The notes beneath the pieces are model-generated. The model was given only the letters and a program-made list of their open reading frames with translations. It searched no databases and was not told where the DNA came from. This document shows positions 1 to 9,144 of a stretch of 64,000 nt of DNA, piece by piece (position 1 is the stretch's first letter; each line of letters opens with the position of its first letter). The DNA is from Thainema sp. (GTDB lineage: Bacteria; Cyanobacteriota; Cyanobacteriia; Phormidesmidales; Phormidesmidaceae). The position numbers and the translations under genes are program-made. Location: assembly GCA_052168235.1 (NCBI GenBank), contig JBQLZK010000008.1, positions 32,001 to 96,000 on the forward strand, read 5' to 3'.

Positions 1-491
1 AGTTTATTCTAGGCAAGCATCTGGGCTTAACGGCTGTGATTGCGGTACTGCTGGCGTTGATGGCGGCGATTTACCTTGGCGGTCTGTACTGGCAAAACAT
101 CGCTTTTCCGCTGGAGAGTATTGCGATATCACTCTTGTTTCTGCTGCTGGAATTGTCGCTAATTATTGCCGTGGCGCTGCTGTTTGGCTCTACGATGAGT
201 TCACTATTGGCTTCGCTGCTGACGTTTGCCATTTATTTAGTGGGGCATTTTAGCCAAGACTTAGTCCGGCTTGGTCAGCTCAGCGAGCAAGCGGACATTC
301 AGCGCATCACCAACAGTATTTATCTGATACTGCCTGATTTATCGCGACTCGATTTAAAGAATTTGGCCGTTTACGGCATGGATGCGCTGCCTTCGACCGC
401 TAATCTATTGCTCAATGTCGCCTACGGCTTTCTTTACATGATTGTGCTGTTGTGTCTATCGACGCTGATCTTTCTGCGCCGGCAGTTTTGA
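1..491 (+). CDS. ABC-2 type transporter permease, C-terminal part (5' end lies outside the window)
   Basis: Hydrophobic multi-TM ORF open from the window edge; LPDLSRLDLKN and C-terminal FLRRQF are typical of ABC-2 permeases. Confidence 0.75.
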   Translation, partial: FILGKHLGLTAVIAVLLALMAAIYLGGLYWQNIAFPLESIAISLLFLLLELSLIIAVALLFGSTMSSLLASLLTFAIYLVGHFSQDLVRLGQLSEQADIQRITNSIYLILPDLSRLDLKNLAVYGMDALPSTANLLLNVAYGFLYMIVLLCLSTLIFLRRQF

Positions 492-2295
492 TTGTCGGAA
501 GATTCAAAATTGGATATTTAATATCGCCCCAGGTTTTGCCTGAGGTGATTTGTTTTTGCACAAATTGGTCTGCTGCTGTGGCGCTGATGATTACCTGTGC
601 CGGGGCAAGCTGGCCCAGCAGTCGTGCATGGTGATAGTGGGGGGATTGGCAAAGGGCGCGGTCGAGTGCCGCTGCGATCGCAGGTTCTGTATCCTTAGCC
701 TGATCGACTAGTAACTGATAAAACGGGGTTGCCGCTTCTCCCTCAACTGCTGGAACAACAGGCGTTAAGGTCTTAAATGTAGCGGTTTGCATCGGCAGCG
801 TCGCCAGCACCTCGCGCACAAAATCCTCTGTCAGCTTTTCGCCCACCAAGTCGCTAATTGCGCCGCTGCGACCTAAAAATTCTAGGCAAGGCGTTTTGTG
901 AAAGTAATGCGTGACTCGCACCCGATCGCCAATGCGGTAGCGGTACAGCCCGCCTTTCTGCGAAATGATAATGGTATACATTTGGCCAACTTCTAGCTCA
1001 TGCAGTTGATAGATCGCGTCTGTCTCATGCTCAAATTCAAAAAAGATCTGGTCTAAAACTGGCACAAAGCCCTGCGCTTGAATCAATGGAATCGTCATTG
1101 GTGCTTCCGTCGCTAGTAACCCTTTGCCCTGCACCAATACGCCCGTAAACTGCTGCCTCAGCCAGTTTGCCGAATCCGCAGAGCTGGCGCTGTCCCAGCA
1201 GGAAATCAGCTTCAGTTCCGGCCAAACCTTTGTCCAGGGAATGGGCGTTTGGTTGAGCAGTTTGAGTCGCTGAGGGGAAGTGCGATCGCACAATTCTTTT
1301 ACTAGCACATCTCGATGCGCCTGCATCCAGTCCAGATGAACTTTCAGAAAGCTCGGACTCCAAATTGAAATAATCTCTAACCGCTCCTCGGCGAGTAACG
1401 TCCGGCAAAGCTGGTGTTTGAACGTTTTCGCATCTTGAATCCGGTTGATTCCCTGCGGAGAAACTAGGAATGGCGACAGTATCCAGCGCAGCCATTGGTC
1501 TAGATATTCAGAATCGTCAGAAAGGCCCATTTGGGGCGGTTGGCCCTCATCCCCCAGCCCCTTCTCTCGCCGGGAGAAGGGGAGCCGAGCAATGGCTTCG
1601 GAACTTTTTTGCAAAAACCGACTCAAAGTCCCTCGACTCGTAGACTGCTTGCACACAAATTTCTTAGACTTCGTTTCGACATTGTGATCCCCCCTAGCCC
1701 CCCTTAACAAGGGGGGGACTGGCTCACAATTCCCCCTTGTTAAGGGGGATTTAGGGGGATCAGTTCGGGATTTAGAAGAATTATTCAAGATGTGTATAAG
1801 CGGCAGCTCTGGGGGAGAGGAATTTAGGGTGAGGGCCACCTCGTCCGTCTTACCCAACTGTGGCGACACGCAGAAGTAAATCTTCCCGGTGCGAAACCGA
1901 GGGCCATTGCAGATTAAATCCTGTGCCCAAACGCAGAACATGTGACTAAACGACTGGCGCAATGCCTGCGTATAGGGAATTAGCTTAGCTGCCCCGCGAC
2001 TACCAGAGGTTTTCTCGTAGAACAAAATTGGCTCAGGTGTCAGCCCGTTGTGCCGTTGATTCAACGTCGGCAAAATCCAATCGTGAAGATCGTCATAGTC
2101 CACAATCGGCAGCTTGTCCCAATCGTGAATGGATTGAATGCCCCAAGTTTGACCGTACGGACTATGGATGATGCGATCGCAGATCTCCTGCTGCACTCGT
2201 CGCTGTGCCTGTTGGGGATCATCCAGCGCTTGATAAAATGGCCGCGTCAGCCGTGAAAGTAACCATCCAAACAGTTGAATAATCAGTCGTTGCAT
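412..2295 (-). CDS. GH3 (auxin-responsive promoter) family acyl-adenylate-forming protein with a ~98-codon in-frame repeat insertion
   Basis: Motifs YEKTSGS, GLLATE, GGLYRYRIGD, FLGR and GEKL; residues encoded by ~1543-1836 come from nested repeats. Confidence 0.8.
   Translation of the reverse strand: MQRLIIQLFGWLLSRLTRPFYQALDDPQQAQRRVQQEICDRIIHSPYGQTWGIQSIHDWDKLPIVDYDDLHDWILPTLNQRHNGLTPEPILFYEKTSGSRGAAKLIPYTQALRQSFSHMFCVWAQDLICNGPRFRTGKIYFCVSPQLGKTDEVALTLNSSPPELPLIHILNNSSKSRTDPPKSPLTRGNCEPVPPLLRGARGDHNVETKSKKFVCKQSTSRGTLSRFLQKSSEAIARLPFSRREKGLGDEGQPPQMGLSDDSEYLDQWLRWILSPFLVSPQGINRIQDAKTFKHQLCRTLLAEERLEIISIWSPSFLKVHLDWMQAHRDVLVKELCDRTSPQRLKLLNQTPIPWTKVWPELKLISCWDSASSADSANWLRQQFTGVLVQGKGLLATEAPMTIPLIQAQGFVPVLDQIFFEFEHETDAIYQLHELEVGQMYTIIISQKGGLYRYRIGDRVRVTHYFHKTPCLEFLGRSGAISDLVGEKLTEDFVREVLATLPMQTATFKTLTPVVPAVEGEAATPFYQLLVDQAKDTEPAIAAALDRALCQSPHYHHARLLGQLAPAQVIISATAADQFVQKQITSGKTWGDIKYPILNLPTIKTAGAERSASIDTTAQSCKESRRRH
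1543..1836. mobile_element. Nested small repeat elements (three layers) inside the GH3 gene
   Basis: Outer GCCCTCATCCCCCAGCCCCTTCTC...GGAGAGGAATTTAGGGTGAGGGC matches the intact copy at 45263-45353; middle IR ~1645-1803; inner double hairpin 1685-1762. Confidence 0.8.
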
Positions 2296-2448
2296 AGCGT
2301 TAGGCAGGATCGATTGGAACCGTTCTGCTTCACAATGAAATTAACTTGTCGTTGATCGGCAGCAGATTGAGTTATCCCATCTACGCTAGCCTGGTTAACT
2401 CGATCAAATAGAGGTAAGCAGCCAGATTGACCAACTGCACATGTTTGA

Positions 2449-2553
2449 TAAGTACTTGGACATAATTAAAAAACAGATCTCAAATCCTGTGCCGTCCGCG
2501 CAGCGGGCGGCACAGGATTTGAGGTTTTATGTTTAACTATGCTCAGCTACTTA
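2449..2553. mobile_element. MITE-like element carrying a long palindrome
   Basis: Imperfect 22-bp terminal IRs (TAAGTACTTGGACATAATTAAA / TTTAACTATGCTCAGCTACTTA); 21-bp-arm hairpin 2479-2523 with a GCA loop. Confidence 0.75.
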
Positions 2554-2556
2554 ATT

Positions 2557-2663
2557 CTTAGGAACATGAATTTAATCAGGTGAAATCTTTGGGGTAGGGA
2601 CACGGCATTGCCGTGTCCCTACGGATGGAATGATTGACAGGCTATTTAATTCACGATCCTTAG
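2557..2663. mobile_element. MITE-like element carrying a GTAG-type REP palindrome
   Basis: Imperfect 20-bp terminal IRs; GTAGGGACACGGC-ATT-GCCGTGTCCCTAC at 2594-2622. Confidence 0.75.
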
Positions 2664-2750
2664 CGGTTTAATGATCTTTGTTGTGTGGCCAATTCATACA
2701 GCAAAAATCATGACCTGAAACCATTACCTTGAGGCACGATTTAGGCATTT

Positions 2751-4067
2751 ATGCAGCGCAAATTTCTAATTCCAGCAGTTGCGGTTAGCATTGTTGCCGC
2801 GCTCGGCTTTGCCGCTAAATTTGTGCATGATCAAAACCGCGTTTACGTGCTGGAAATTGCCACTGCTAGCCGCGATGGGGAATATTACGCCTTTAGTCAG
2901 GCACTGGCCGAAGTTGCCAATCTCTATCAGCCTCGGCTGCGGATTAAAGTGATTGAAACTGCAGGTTCCGTCGAAAACATGGAGCTGCTGCGTCGCCACC
3001 AGGTTGATCTGGCCATTGTGCAGAGCGATACGTCTGTCGCCCCTCAGGTGCGGGGCGTCGCGGGCCTATTCCCGGAAGTGTTTCACCTGATTGCGGCCTC
3101 TGATGCTGGCATTGAGCGGGTTGTTGATCTACGCGGCAAACGAGTGGCACTGATGCCAGAAGGCAGCGGTTCCTATGCGCTGTTTTGGGAAATTGCTCAT
3201 CACTATGGTTTAACTGAAGCTGATATTGACTACACCGCCATGTCGGCGGCAGAGGCCCAATCCGCCTTTGAGCAAGGACAAGTGGATGCCATTTCCCGCA
3301 TTATCGCTTTAGGGAATTCTTCAGTGCGATCGCTGTTGCAAACGACTGAGGCTCAGTTTGTGCCGCTCGATCAAGCCGAAGCTGTGCAAATCATGCTGCC
3401 CTATTTGGAACCGATGAGCATCCCGAAAGGTGCCTATGTTGGCGCACCTTCAATCCCAGCCCAAAATTTACCAACCGTTTCAGTGCGGGCCTTATTAGTC
3501 GCCCATGAAGACGTTGATCCGGTGCTGATTCGGCAGTTGACTAGCTTGCTGTATGACTATCGTAGTGAACTCATTGATCGAAATCCTCGCGCCGCATCCA
3601 TTAGCGTTCCAGACTCGATGCTCAACTTGGGATTACCGCTACATGAGGGAGCTAGAGATTACTTTACACAGGATGAACCCAACTTTGTCGTGCGCTATGC
3701 GGAGGCATTGGGTTTTCTGCTGTCGGTTTCGGTACTGTTAGGGTCAGGACTCTGGCAGTTGCGCTTTAGCCTCACTCAGCGCCAGAAAAATCGAGCCGAT
3801 ATGTACAATTTGGAAATTTTGGCCTTGATTGAGCAAGTGTATGAAACTGATGATCCCGACAAGCTGGAAGTCATCCGCCGACAGCTGTTTGATATTCTCC
3901 AGAAAGTCGTGGACGATCTTGACCTTGATCGCATCACTCCTGAATCGTTCCAGTCATTTACCTTTCCGTGGGATGTAGCGATTACGACCATCCGCCATCG
4001 AGAGACGCTACTCAATCAGAAGTCTTTAACCAGTTCAGAAGATGCACCTGCTAACCCCAAAGCTTGA
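2751..4067 (+). CDS. TAXI family TRAP solute-binding protein with a C-terminal TM helix and cytoplasmic tail
   Basis: Motifs GEYY, ETAGSVEN, DLAIVQSD, DLRGKRVA, GSGS and PLHEGARDYF; extra hydrophobic helix near residues 320-337. Confidence 0.85.
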   Translation: MQRKFLIPAVAVSIVAALGFAAKFVHDQNRVYVLEIATASRDGEYYAFSQALAEVANLYQPRLRIKVIETAGSVENMELLRRHQVDLAIVQSDTSVAPQVRGVAGLFPEVFHLIAASDAGIERVVDLRGKRVALMPEGSGSYALFWEIAHHYGLTEADIDYTAMSAAEAQSAFEQGQVDAISRIIALGNSSVRSLLQTTEAQFVPLDQAEAVQIMLPYLEPMSIPKGAYVGAPSIPAQNLPTVSVRALLVAHEDVDPVLIRQLTSLLYDYRSELIDRNPRAASISVPDSMLNLGLPLHEGARDYFTQDEPNFVVRYAEALGFLLSVSVLLGSGLWQLRFSLTQRQKNRADMYNLEILALIEQVYETDDPDKLEVIRRQLFDILQKVVDDLDLDRITPESFQSFTFPWDVAITTIRHRETLLNQKSLTSSEDAPANPKA

Positions 4068-4083
4068 GCTATATCTGAAACAG

Positions 4084-4111
4084 AAAAAGAGACGCCACAG
4101 CTGCGTCTCTT
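4084..4111. terminator. Probable bidirectional intrinsic terminator
   Basis: AAAAAGAGACGC...GCGTCTCTTT between convergent genes. Confidence 0.55.
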
Positions 4112-4155
4112 TGGCAAGGTTATGATTACAGGACAGCAGTCAAGTTGTTCTAGCT

Positions 4156-4395
4156 TTAGTAAAACCCACACCGAATCTGGTACCACTGACCGTTAGCATC
4201 TCGACAGTAATAGCAGCCATCCCACCAAACACAGGCATCGTAGCCAGCGACAAAGTTTTCGGAATTCATCAAGTCGGCTACGTCATCACGACGATCTTCG
4301 GCGGAAGGTTTACGTAGCTCTTGCTCAAGACGGCTCTTTAGCTCATCTGAAACAGGTTGCAGCGCTGAAAACATTTGAAAATCTGAACTCATCAA
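4156..4395 (-). CDS. Small protein with a Cys/Trp/Tyr-rich C-terminus
   Basis: 79-aa ORF: charged N-terminal half, then ACVWWDGCYYC...WYQIRCGFY; long AT-rich upstream region. Confidence 0.65.
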   Translation of the reverse strand: MMSSDFQMFSALQPVSDELKSRLEQELRKPSAEDRRDDVADLMNSENFVAGYDACVWWDGCYYCRDANGQWYQIRCGFY

Positions 4396-4718
4396 TTATG
4401 TTTAATTATGATTTGATTATTTCAGTTCAACGCCTCAATGTCGTTGTAAAGACTTTGTATCTGAAATAACTTTTAAAGAAAACCCCGATCCCATGAAAGT
4501 TTTGTGTAATTGCCGCCGCACAATCGTCCTGCGCAACGATCGCCTCAAGCTCTAGTAATTGGTCAACTTGAATCTGATGGGTTTTGGGTTGATAGGTCGC
4601 GTGGAGTGCGGTATGTCAACTAGCAAAACTAGAGTTGACACAGTACTAGATTGATGGTGATTTGGGGCATGCTAAGAGCAGCCAGATCACGTTACTCGTA
4701 GGCGGGTCAAAATTTTTT

Positions 4719-5450
4719 ATGAAATTGCCTCCGGCTTGGCAACTGCCTCCAGAAATCAAGAATCGTTTTGGGCAAAAAAGTTCCGGTAAACAGCGGGCGA
4801 TGGTTGCTCAGGGGCACTTGCTGCTCGTGCTGCATAAGGTGCCGCAGCCAGGGGAACAGCAGCGAATTGGTACCTTTTTTTGGCGTAAACCCGACGGTAG
4901 TTGGGAACACAGCGGCGGCGGTATTGGTGTTCAAACCCTGGTGAAGCACCTACGCGAGTATGAGCAGGTTGAAAATCAGCTCAGTCGTCTATATGAAGAG
5001 GCTGACAGCGCAGACGACTACTTTGAGCTGTTGGAAGCCATGTCCCCAGTGCGGCGATCGGCGCGCAATCTGCATTCCACCCTGCAATCGGCCCGCGAAG
5101 GCATCCCCTGCGATCGCGACATCATCGATTTGCGCGACTGGGCCTATGAGCTAGAGCGCACCTTGGATTTGCTCTATGAGAATACAAAAAACGCGCTGGA
5201 TTTTCGCATGGCTCAACGGGCGGAGGAACAAGCTTACCTGACGCTTCAGTCGGTTAATGCAAGTCATCGACTAAACGTTTTGGCCGCCATCTTTTTCCCC
5301 TTAACAGCAGTGTCCTGCGTGTTCGGTATGAATCTGACTAGTGGATTAGAAGACAACTCGATCCTGACATTTTGGATAACGTTGGCATTTGCTGTAGCGC
5401 TGGGTTTATGGGTTCGTCGCTGGGTTACAACAGGAAAATGGCTGTCATAA
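4719..5450 (+). CDS. CorA-like divalent cation transporter domain protein
   Basis: IFFPLT...FGMN signature followed by two TM helices; ATG at 4719 preferred. Confidence 0.75.
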   Translation: MKLPPAWQLPPEIKNRFGQKSSGKQRAMVAQGHLLLVLHKVPQPGEQQRIGTFFWRKPDGSWEHSGGGIGVQTLVKHLREYEQVENQLSRLYEEADSADDYFELLEAMSPVRRSARNLHSTLQSAREGIPCDRDIIDLRDWAYELERTLDLLYENTKNALDFRMAQRAEEQAYLTLQSVNASHRLNVLAAIFFPLTAVSCVFGMNLTSGLEDNSILTFWITLAFAVALGLWVRRWVTTGKWLS

Positions 5451-5561
5451 TTATGCTGTAATGCTGATACAGTCTGCGATATGGAATCTCACTAGAAAGC
5501 TGCCGAATGATGTTTGGAATCTGATTGGTGGATTTGCATGAGACGTGATTTCTGTATCTAT

Positions 5562-5651
5562 TAGACTTTATCGGAAATTGTTTTGTAGCGCGGCTTCGCC
5601 GCGCTACAAAACAATTTCCAACCCCAAAAACTTTATTTCCAATAAAGTCTA
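5562..5651. mobile_element. MITE-like element carrying a perfect palindrome
   Basis: 16/17 terminal IR TAGACTTTAT[C/T]GGAAAT; 22-bp perfect arms 5573-5619 with a TTC loop. Confidence 0.8.
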
Positions 5652-5754
5652 TTACTTGTAGCTAGCTATTGAATCCATCACTCGGCAGCCCAAGAAACGT
5701 ATTAGACGACCAAAACTCATTAGAATCGAGAGATCAACGTCATTTTTGCGGTGC

Positions 5755-6879
5755 ATGGCTCAGATTTTAGTCATTGATGAAGATCCTGCGATTTTATTAC
5801 TCGCTCAGCGATCGCTGTCGCATCAGGGATATGAGGTCGCATTGGCCAACAACGGGGAAGAGGGCGTACGTAAAGCGAAAAGCCTACGTCCAGCAGTGGT
5901 GCTGTGTGACCAGATTATGCAAGGACTTAGTGGGCTGGAGGTGTGCCAACAGATAAAGGCCGATCCGGCGCTTTCCACGACGTTCATTATTCTGCTGACG
6001 GCTCGTACGGATATTCAAGATCGAATTGAGGGGTTTGACAGCGGAGCGGATGATTTCCTGACCAAGCCCGTTGATGTGAATGAAATGAATGCTCGCATTC
6101 GAGCAGCCATGCGGCTTTACCGGCTGAATCAAGATTTAGTTGAGCAAAAGCGATTACTGGAAGCGGAGCTGCACGAAGCCTCTGACTATGTGCGATCGCT
6201 ATTGCCCAAGCCAGCTAATCATCCTATTAAGGTAGAGTGTCACTTTTTACCGTCGCTCCAGTTGGGGGGCGACTGTTTTGATTATTACTGGCTCGATCCG
6301 GACTATCTGCTGATCTTTTTGCTAGATGTGTCCGGTCACGGTTTGGGAGCCGCGCTACCCTCAGTGACGATTCTGAATTTGTTGAGATCGCAGATGCTGC
6401 CGGATGTAAACTTCTACCGTCCTGAAACCGTGCTGGCCACGCTAAACGAAAACTTTCAGATGACTGAACAGCATAATAAATATTTCACGATTTGGTATGG
6501 AGTGTATAACTGCCAAACTCGCCAGCTGCTCTATGCTAGTGCGGGGCATCCGCCGGCCATTTTGGTTTCGGATCAGGTGCCAGTCCATGTTCAGCGGCTT
6601 GATACGCCTAATCCGCCGATAGGTTTTTTCTCGGATGTCATGTTCGTTAGCGATCGCTGTACGATTCCAGAACAGAGCTTACTCTATATTTTTAGCGATG
6701 GCATTTACGATGGCGTCAATCTCAGCAATGCGAAGGATTGGGGTTTAGATCGGTTTGTTGAACTCATTTCACAGCAGCCCTCTGAGTCTCTAGAAAGCTT
6801 GCTCGATCAGGTCAAAACGATTAATCAAACCCAAACCTTTCCAGATGATTTGTCGCTGCTTCGCTTCAGTTTGCCGTAG
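5755..6879 (+). CDS. Response regulator fused to a PP2C/SpoIIE (RsbU-like) phosphatase
   Basis: N-terminal receiver (GADDFLTKP); PP2C motifs GGD, DVSGHG, SAGHPP, SDGI and DDLS. Confidence 0.9.
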   Translation: MAQILVIDEDPAILLLAQRSLSHQGYEVALANNGEEGVRKAKSLRPAVVLCDQIMQGLSGLEVCQQIKADPALSTTFIILLTARTDIQDRIEGFDSGADDFLTKPVDVNEMNARIRAAMRLYRLNQDLVEQKRLLEAELHEASDYVRSLLPKPANHPIKVECHFLPSLQLGGDCFDYYWLDPDYLLIFLLDVSGHGLGAALPSVTILNLLRSQMLPDVNFYRPETVLATLNENFQMTEQHNKYFTIWYGVYNCQTRQLLYASAGHPPAILVSDQVPVHVQRLDTPNPPIGFFSDVMFVSDRCTIPEQSLLYIFSDGIYDGVNLSNAKDWGLDRFVELISQQPSESLESLLDQVKTINQTQTFPDDLSLLRFSLP

Positions 6880-6917
6880 CGGGTCAGTTTCATAAGTCTT
6901 TAAGGCGACCGTCCCTT

Positions 6918-7012
6918 CTACAGCCATCTTAAATTGATTATGAACAGGCCGCCCCGATGGGGCGGCCTGTTCATAATCAATTTAGTTCATCAGCTATTTG
7001 AGAGCGCTGTAG
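6918..7012. mobile_element. MITE-like element carrying a perfect palindrome
   Basis: 14/17 terminal IR CTACAGC...AAAT; 26-bp perfect arms 6930-6984 with a GAT loop. Confidence 0.8.
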
Positions 7013-7143
7013 ATCTTTCGCCAGACCTGAATATGACACACTAGACTGAGTACGTGTGGTTAATTTGAATCTGACGGACTAAACCTGACAACGTTAACCA
7101 ATTTCGACTAACTTCAATATTCTGGAAGCCTATCTCACCATTT

Positions 7144-7581
7144 ATGTCCGTGGAACCGTTATTTACACCGCACCAAATCGTTCGATTACACTGCGATCGC
7201 GCCTATCTATATGCTGAAGTGATTCAGCTCATCGAAAGTAAAAACTTGTGCTGGGCACGACCGCTGCTGCTTTGGTGTTGCGATCGCGGCCATAGCGAAT
7301 CACTCACTGCCTACTTTCAGCAGCCTGATACTTATCCAGGTTGTCGGCTGTATGATTTACGCCAGTTGGCTGATTTACTCTGGCCGACCCATTTATTTCA
7401 GCCTGTTCTCGATACTGAAGCGATTCCCTTACTGACCCATCTTTATCATCAAGATCATCAAGGTCAAGATCATCAAACGGCGAGTAGCTCTAATCCGATT
7501 CAGCTGGCCTCTGCAAAACAATTACGTCAATTCGTTGATCAAGTTTGGCAGTCTAATATGGAACAGTTCAAAAAAATGTAG
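7144..7581 (+). CDS. Hypothetical protein (cyanobacterial type)
   Basis: 145-aa ORF with LYAEVIQ...CWARPL and DLLWP..LF segments. Confidence 0.7.
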   Translation: MSVEPLFTPHQIVRLHCDRAYLYAEVIQLIESKNLCWARPLLLWCCDRGHSESLTAYFQQPDTYPGCRLYDLRQLADLLWPTHLFQPVLDTEAIPLLTHLYHQDHQGQDHQTASSSNPIQLASAKQLRQFVDQVWQSNMEQFKKM

Positions 7582-7829
7582 CGATGCATAGGAGTCTTCG
7601 TAGACTCATCAAACCCCTGATTATGTCGGTTCTATTAAATTAGATTGAGAACTGCTTAAGCTGAGAACTGTACAAAGATTTGGAATTTATACCCTGGTAA
7701 CTGAGACGTACTGAGGTGTATAAAGACGTTTGCATAGAGACGCTGCAATATAAAAGCGGAACTCACCCTGATTGCTTCCCAACCGCTTTTACTAAACCAT
7801 CTGTGATGAATAAATAAATTGATCGCTCA

Positions 7830-8024
7830 CTAGAAACTGGGCACTAACCGAATGCGGCCAGCATCCATCTCGGACATTAAAAGCTCCAGTGCTTCATAAT
7901 CCACATCCGAAACGTACCCTAACCGAGTTAGCTCATAGTTGATCTCATTTTCAATGTCAGGCGTTAACTGGCGAATATAGAGGGCTTTTTCCACCAGGCG
8001 ACGAATCACAAACTTAGGTTCCAT
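7830..8024 (-). CDS. Small conserved hypothetical protein
   Basis: 64-aa helical ORF with an ATG start, convergent with the previous gene. Confidence 0.65.
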   Translation of the reverse strand: MEPKFVIRRLVEKALYIRQLTPDIENEINYELTRLGYVSDVDYEALELLMSEMDAGRIRLVPSF

Positions 8025-8474
8025 GGGACTGAACTCTTTTTAAAATCTGTGTACCATAGCTCCAATTATTAACGACGCGCTTCTTTCCCTTTGTGATTTA
8101 ACACGCTAGTCTTTAGTGACCTGTATCACAGCCTGTTGTTTCCCGGTTAGCCACGCTAAAAGAATGTTTGTCTAAACGGGTGCGATGCCAAAAATCTGAT
8201 CAAGGTCTCTTCTACAGGAGATCTCATGATAGTGTTTGATTGGTCTGTGCAGCATTGGGACGACTTCGATCGCAATGTTTTGTATTCTGGCGCACTGTCT
8301 CAGTATAAACACTTACCCTAATCTTTAATGAACAAGCGCGCCTTGATAAAGATTCGGCAAAGCCGCTAGTAAAATCTGGCAAGTTCTAATCTAGTCCGAT
8401 TAACGTCGAAACATTAATACCGAGGTCTCGGCTTCGGTGGATTTTTATTTTTGTGGTTTTAAGGGAAGTAAGCA

Positions 8475-8807
8475 ATGCGGAACCTAACGATGAACTATTC
8501 AATGGCTGTTATTCAACCATCTGGCTCCCTTAGCTCAGCCAATGCTAGCCAGTTTAACCAGGAGCTATCGGCAGCTATCGCCTCAAAAAACTGCAAGTCA
8601 CTCTTGGTTGACATGGCGCAGGTTGAATCGATCGACAGTGCAGGTTTGATGGCACTGGTGTCGGCTTGTCACCTAGCTCAAAAGCACGGAAAGCAAGTCA
8701 GCGTTTGTGCTGTTTCTCCTTCAGTGCGAATCATGATGGAGCTAACGAAGCTAGATCGAGTCCTAGACATCTTAGTGCATCCTCCTGTATTAGAGGTTGC
8801 TGCTTAA
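8475..8807 (+). CDS. STAS domain anti-sigma factor antagonist
   Basis: LLVDMAQVESIDSAGL phospho-Ser motif; ELTKLDRV. Confidence 0.9.
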   Translation: MRNLTMNYSMAVIQPSGSLSSANASQFNQELSAAIASKNCKSLLVDMAQVESIDSAGLMALVSACHLAQKHGKQVSVCAVSPSVRIMMELTKLDRVLDILVHPPVLEVAA

Positions 8808-8927
8808 ACAGTCGCAATATAATTTAGCCAATACTCCCATCTACTGTTGATTAATCTTCATATTGCTGTTCATAGTTACCCGATGTAGTTTTGGCTCTCC
8901 TAGCTCCCCCTTAGCTCTTGAAACGGC

Positions 8928-8965
8928 AAAATAGCCCCAGCCTGGAAAGGCTGGGGCTATTTTTT
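8928..8965. terminator. Bidirectional intrinsic terminator
   Basis: AAAATAGCCCCAGCCT-GGAA-AGGCTGGGGCTATTTTTT. Confidence 0.7.
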
Positions 8966-9027
8966 ACCTTGCTGGTTGATGAAAGCCCCGCTTAACAAGC
9001 CATTCATAGCCTGACGTAATCAGGTTA

Positions 9028-9101
9028 AGGCAGATAGTTTTTGAGAACAGATAGTTTTTGAGAAGCTGCGCTTAGCGCAGCTTCTCAAAAACTATCTGCC
9101 T
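9028..9101. repeat. Long palindrome with a 17-bp tandem duplication in its left arm
   Basis: CAGATAGTTTTTGAGAA x2 (9031-9064), then GCTGCGC-TTA-GCGCAGC and the complementary arm. Confidence 0.85.
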
Positions 9102-9144
9102 GGTTCTAAGCGCATAGCGCTACATCACCATCACTTTGTCAGAT

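Noticed and set aside
412..491. 80-bp convergent overlap of the GH3 and permease 3' ends
   Set aside because: Probably simple stop-codon drift; no evidence of function.
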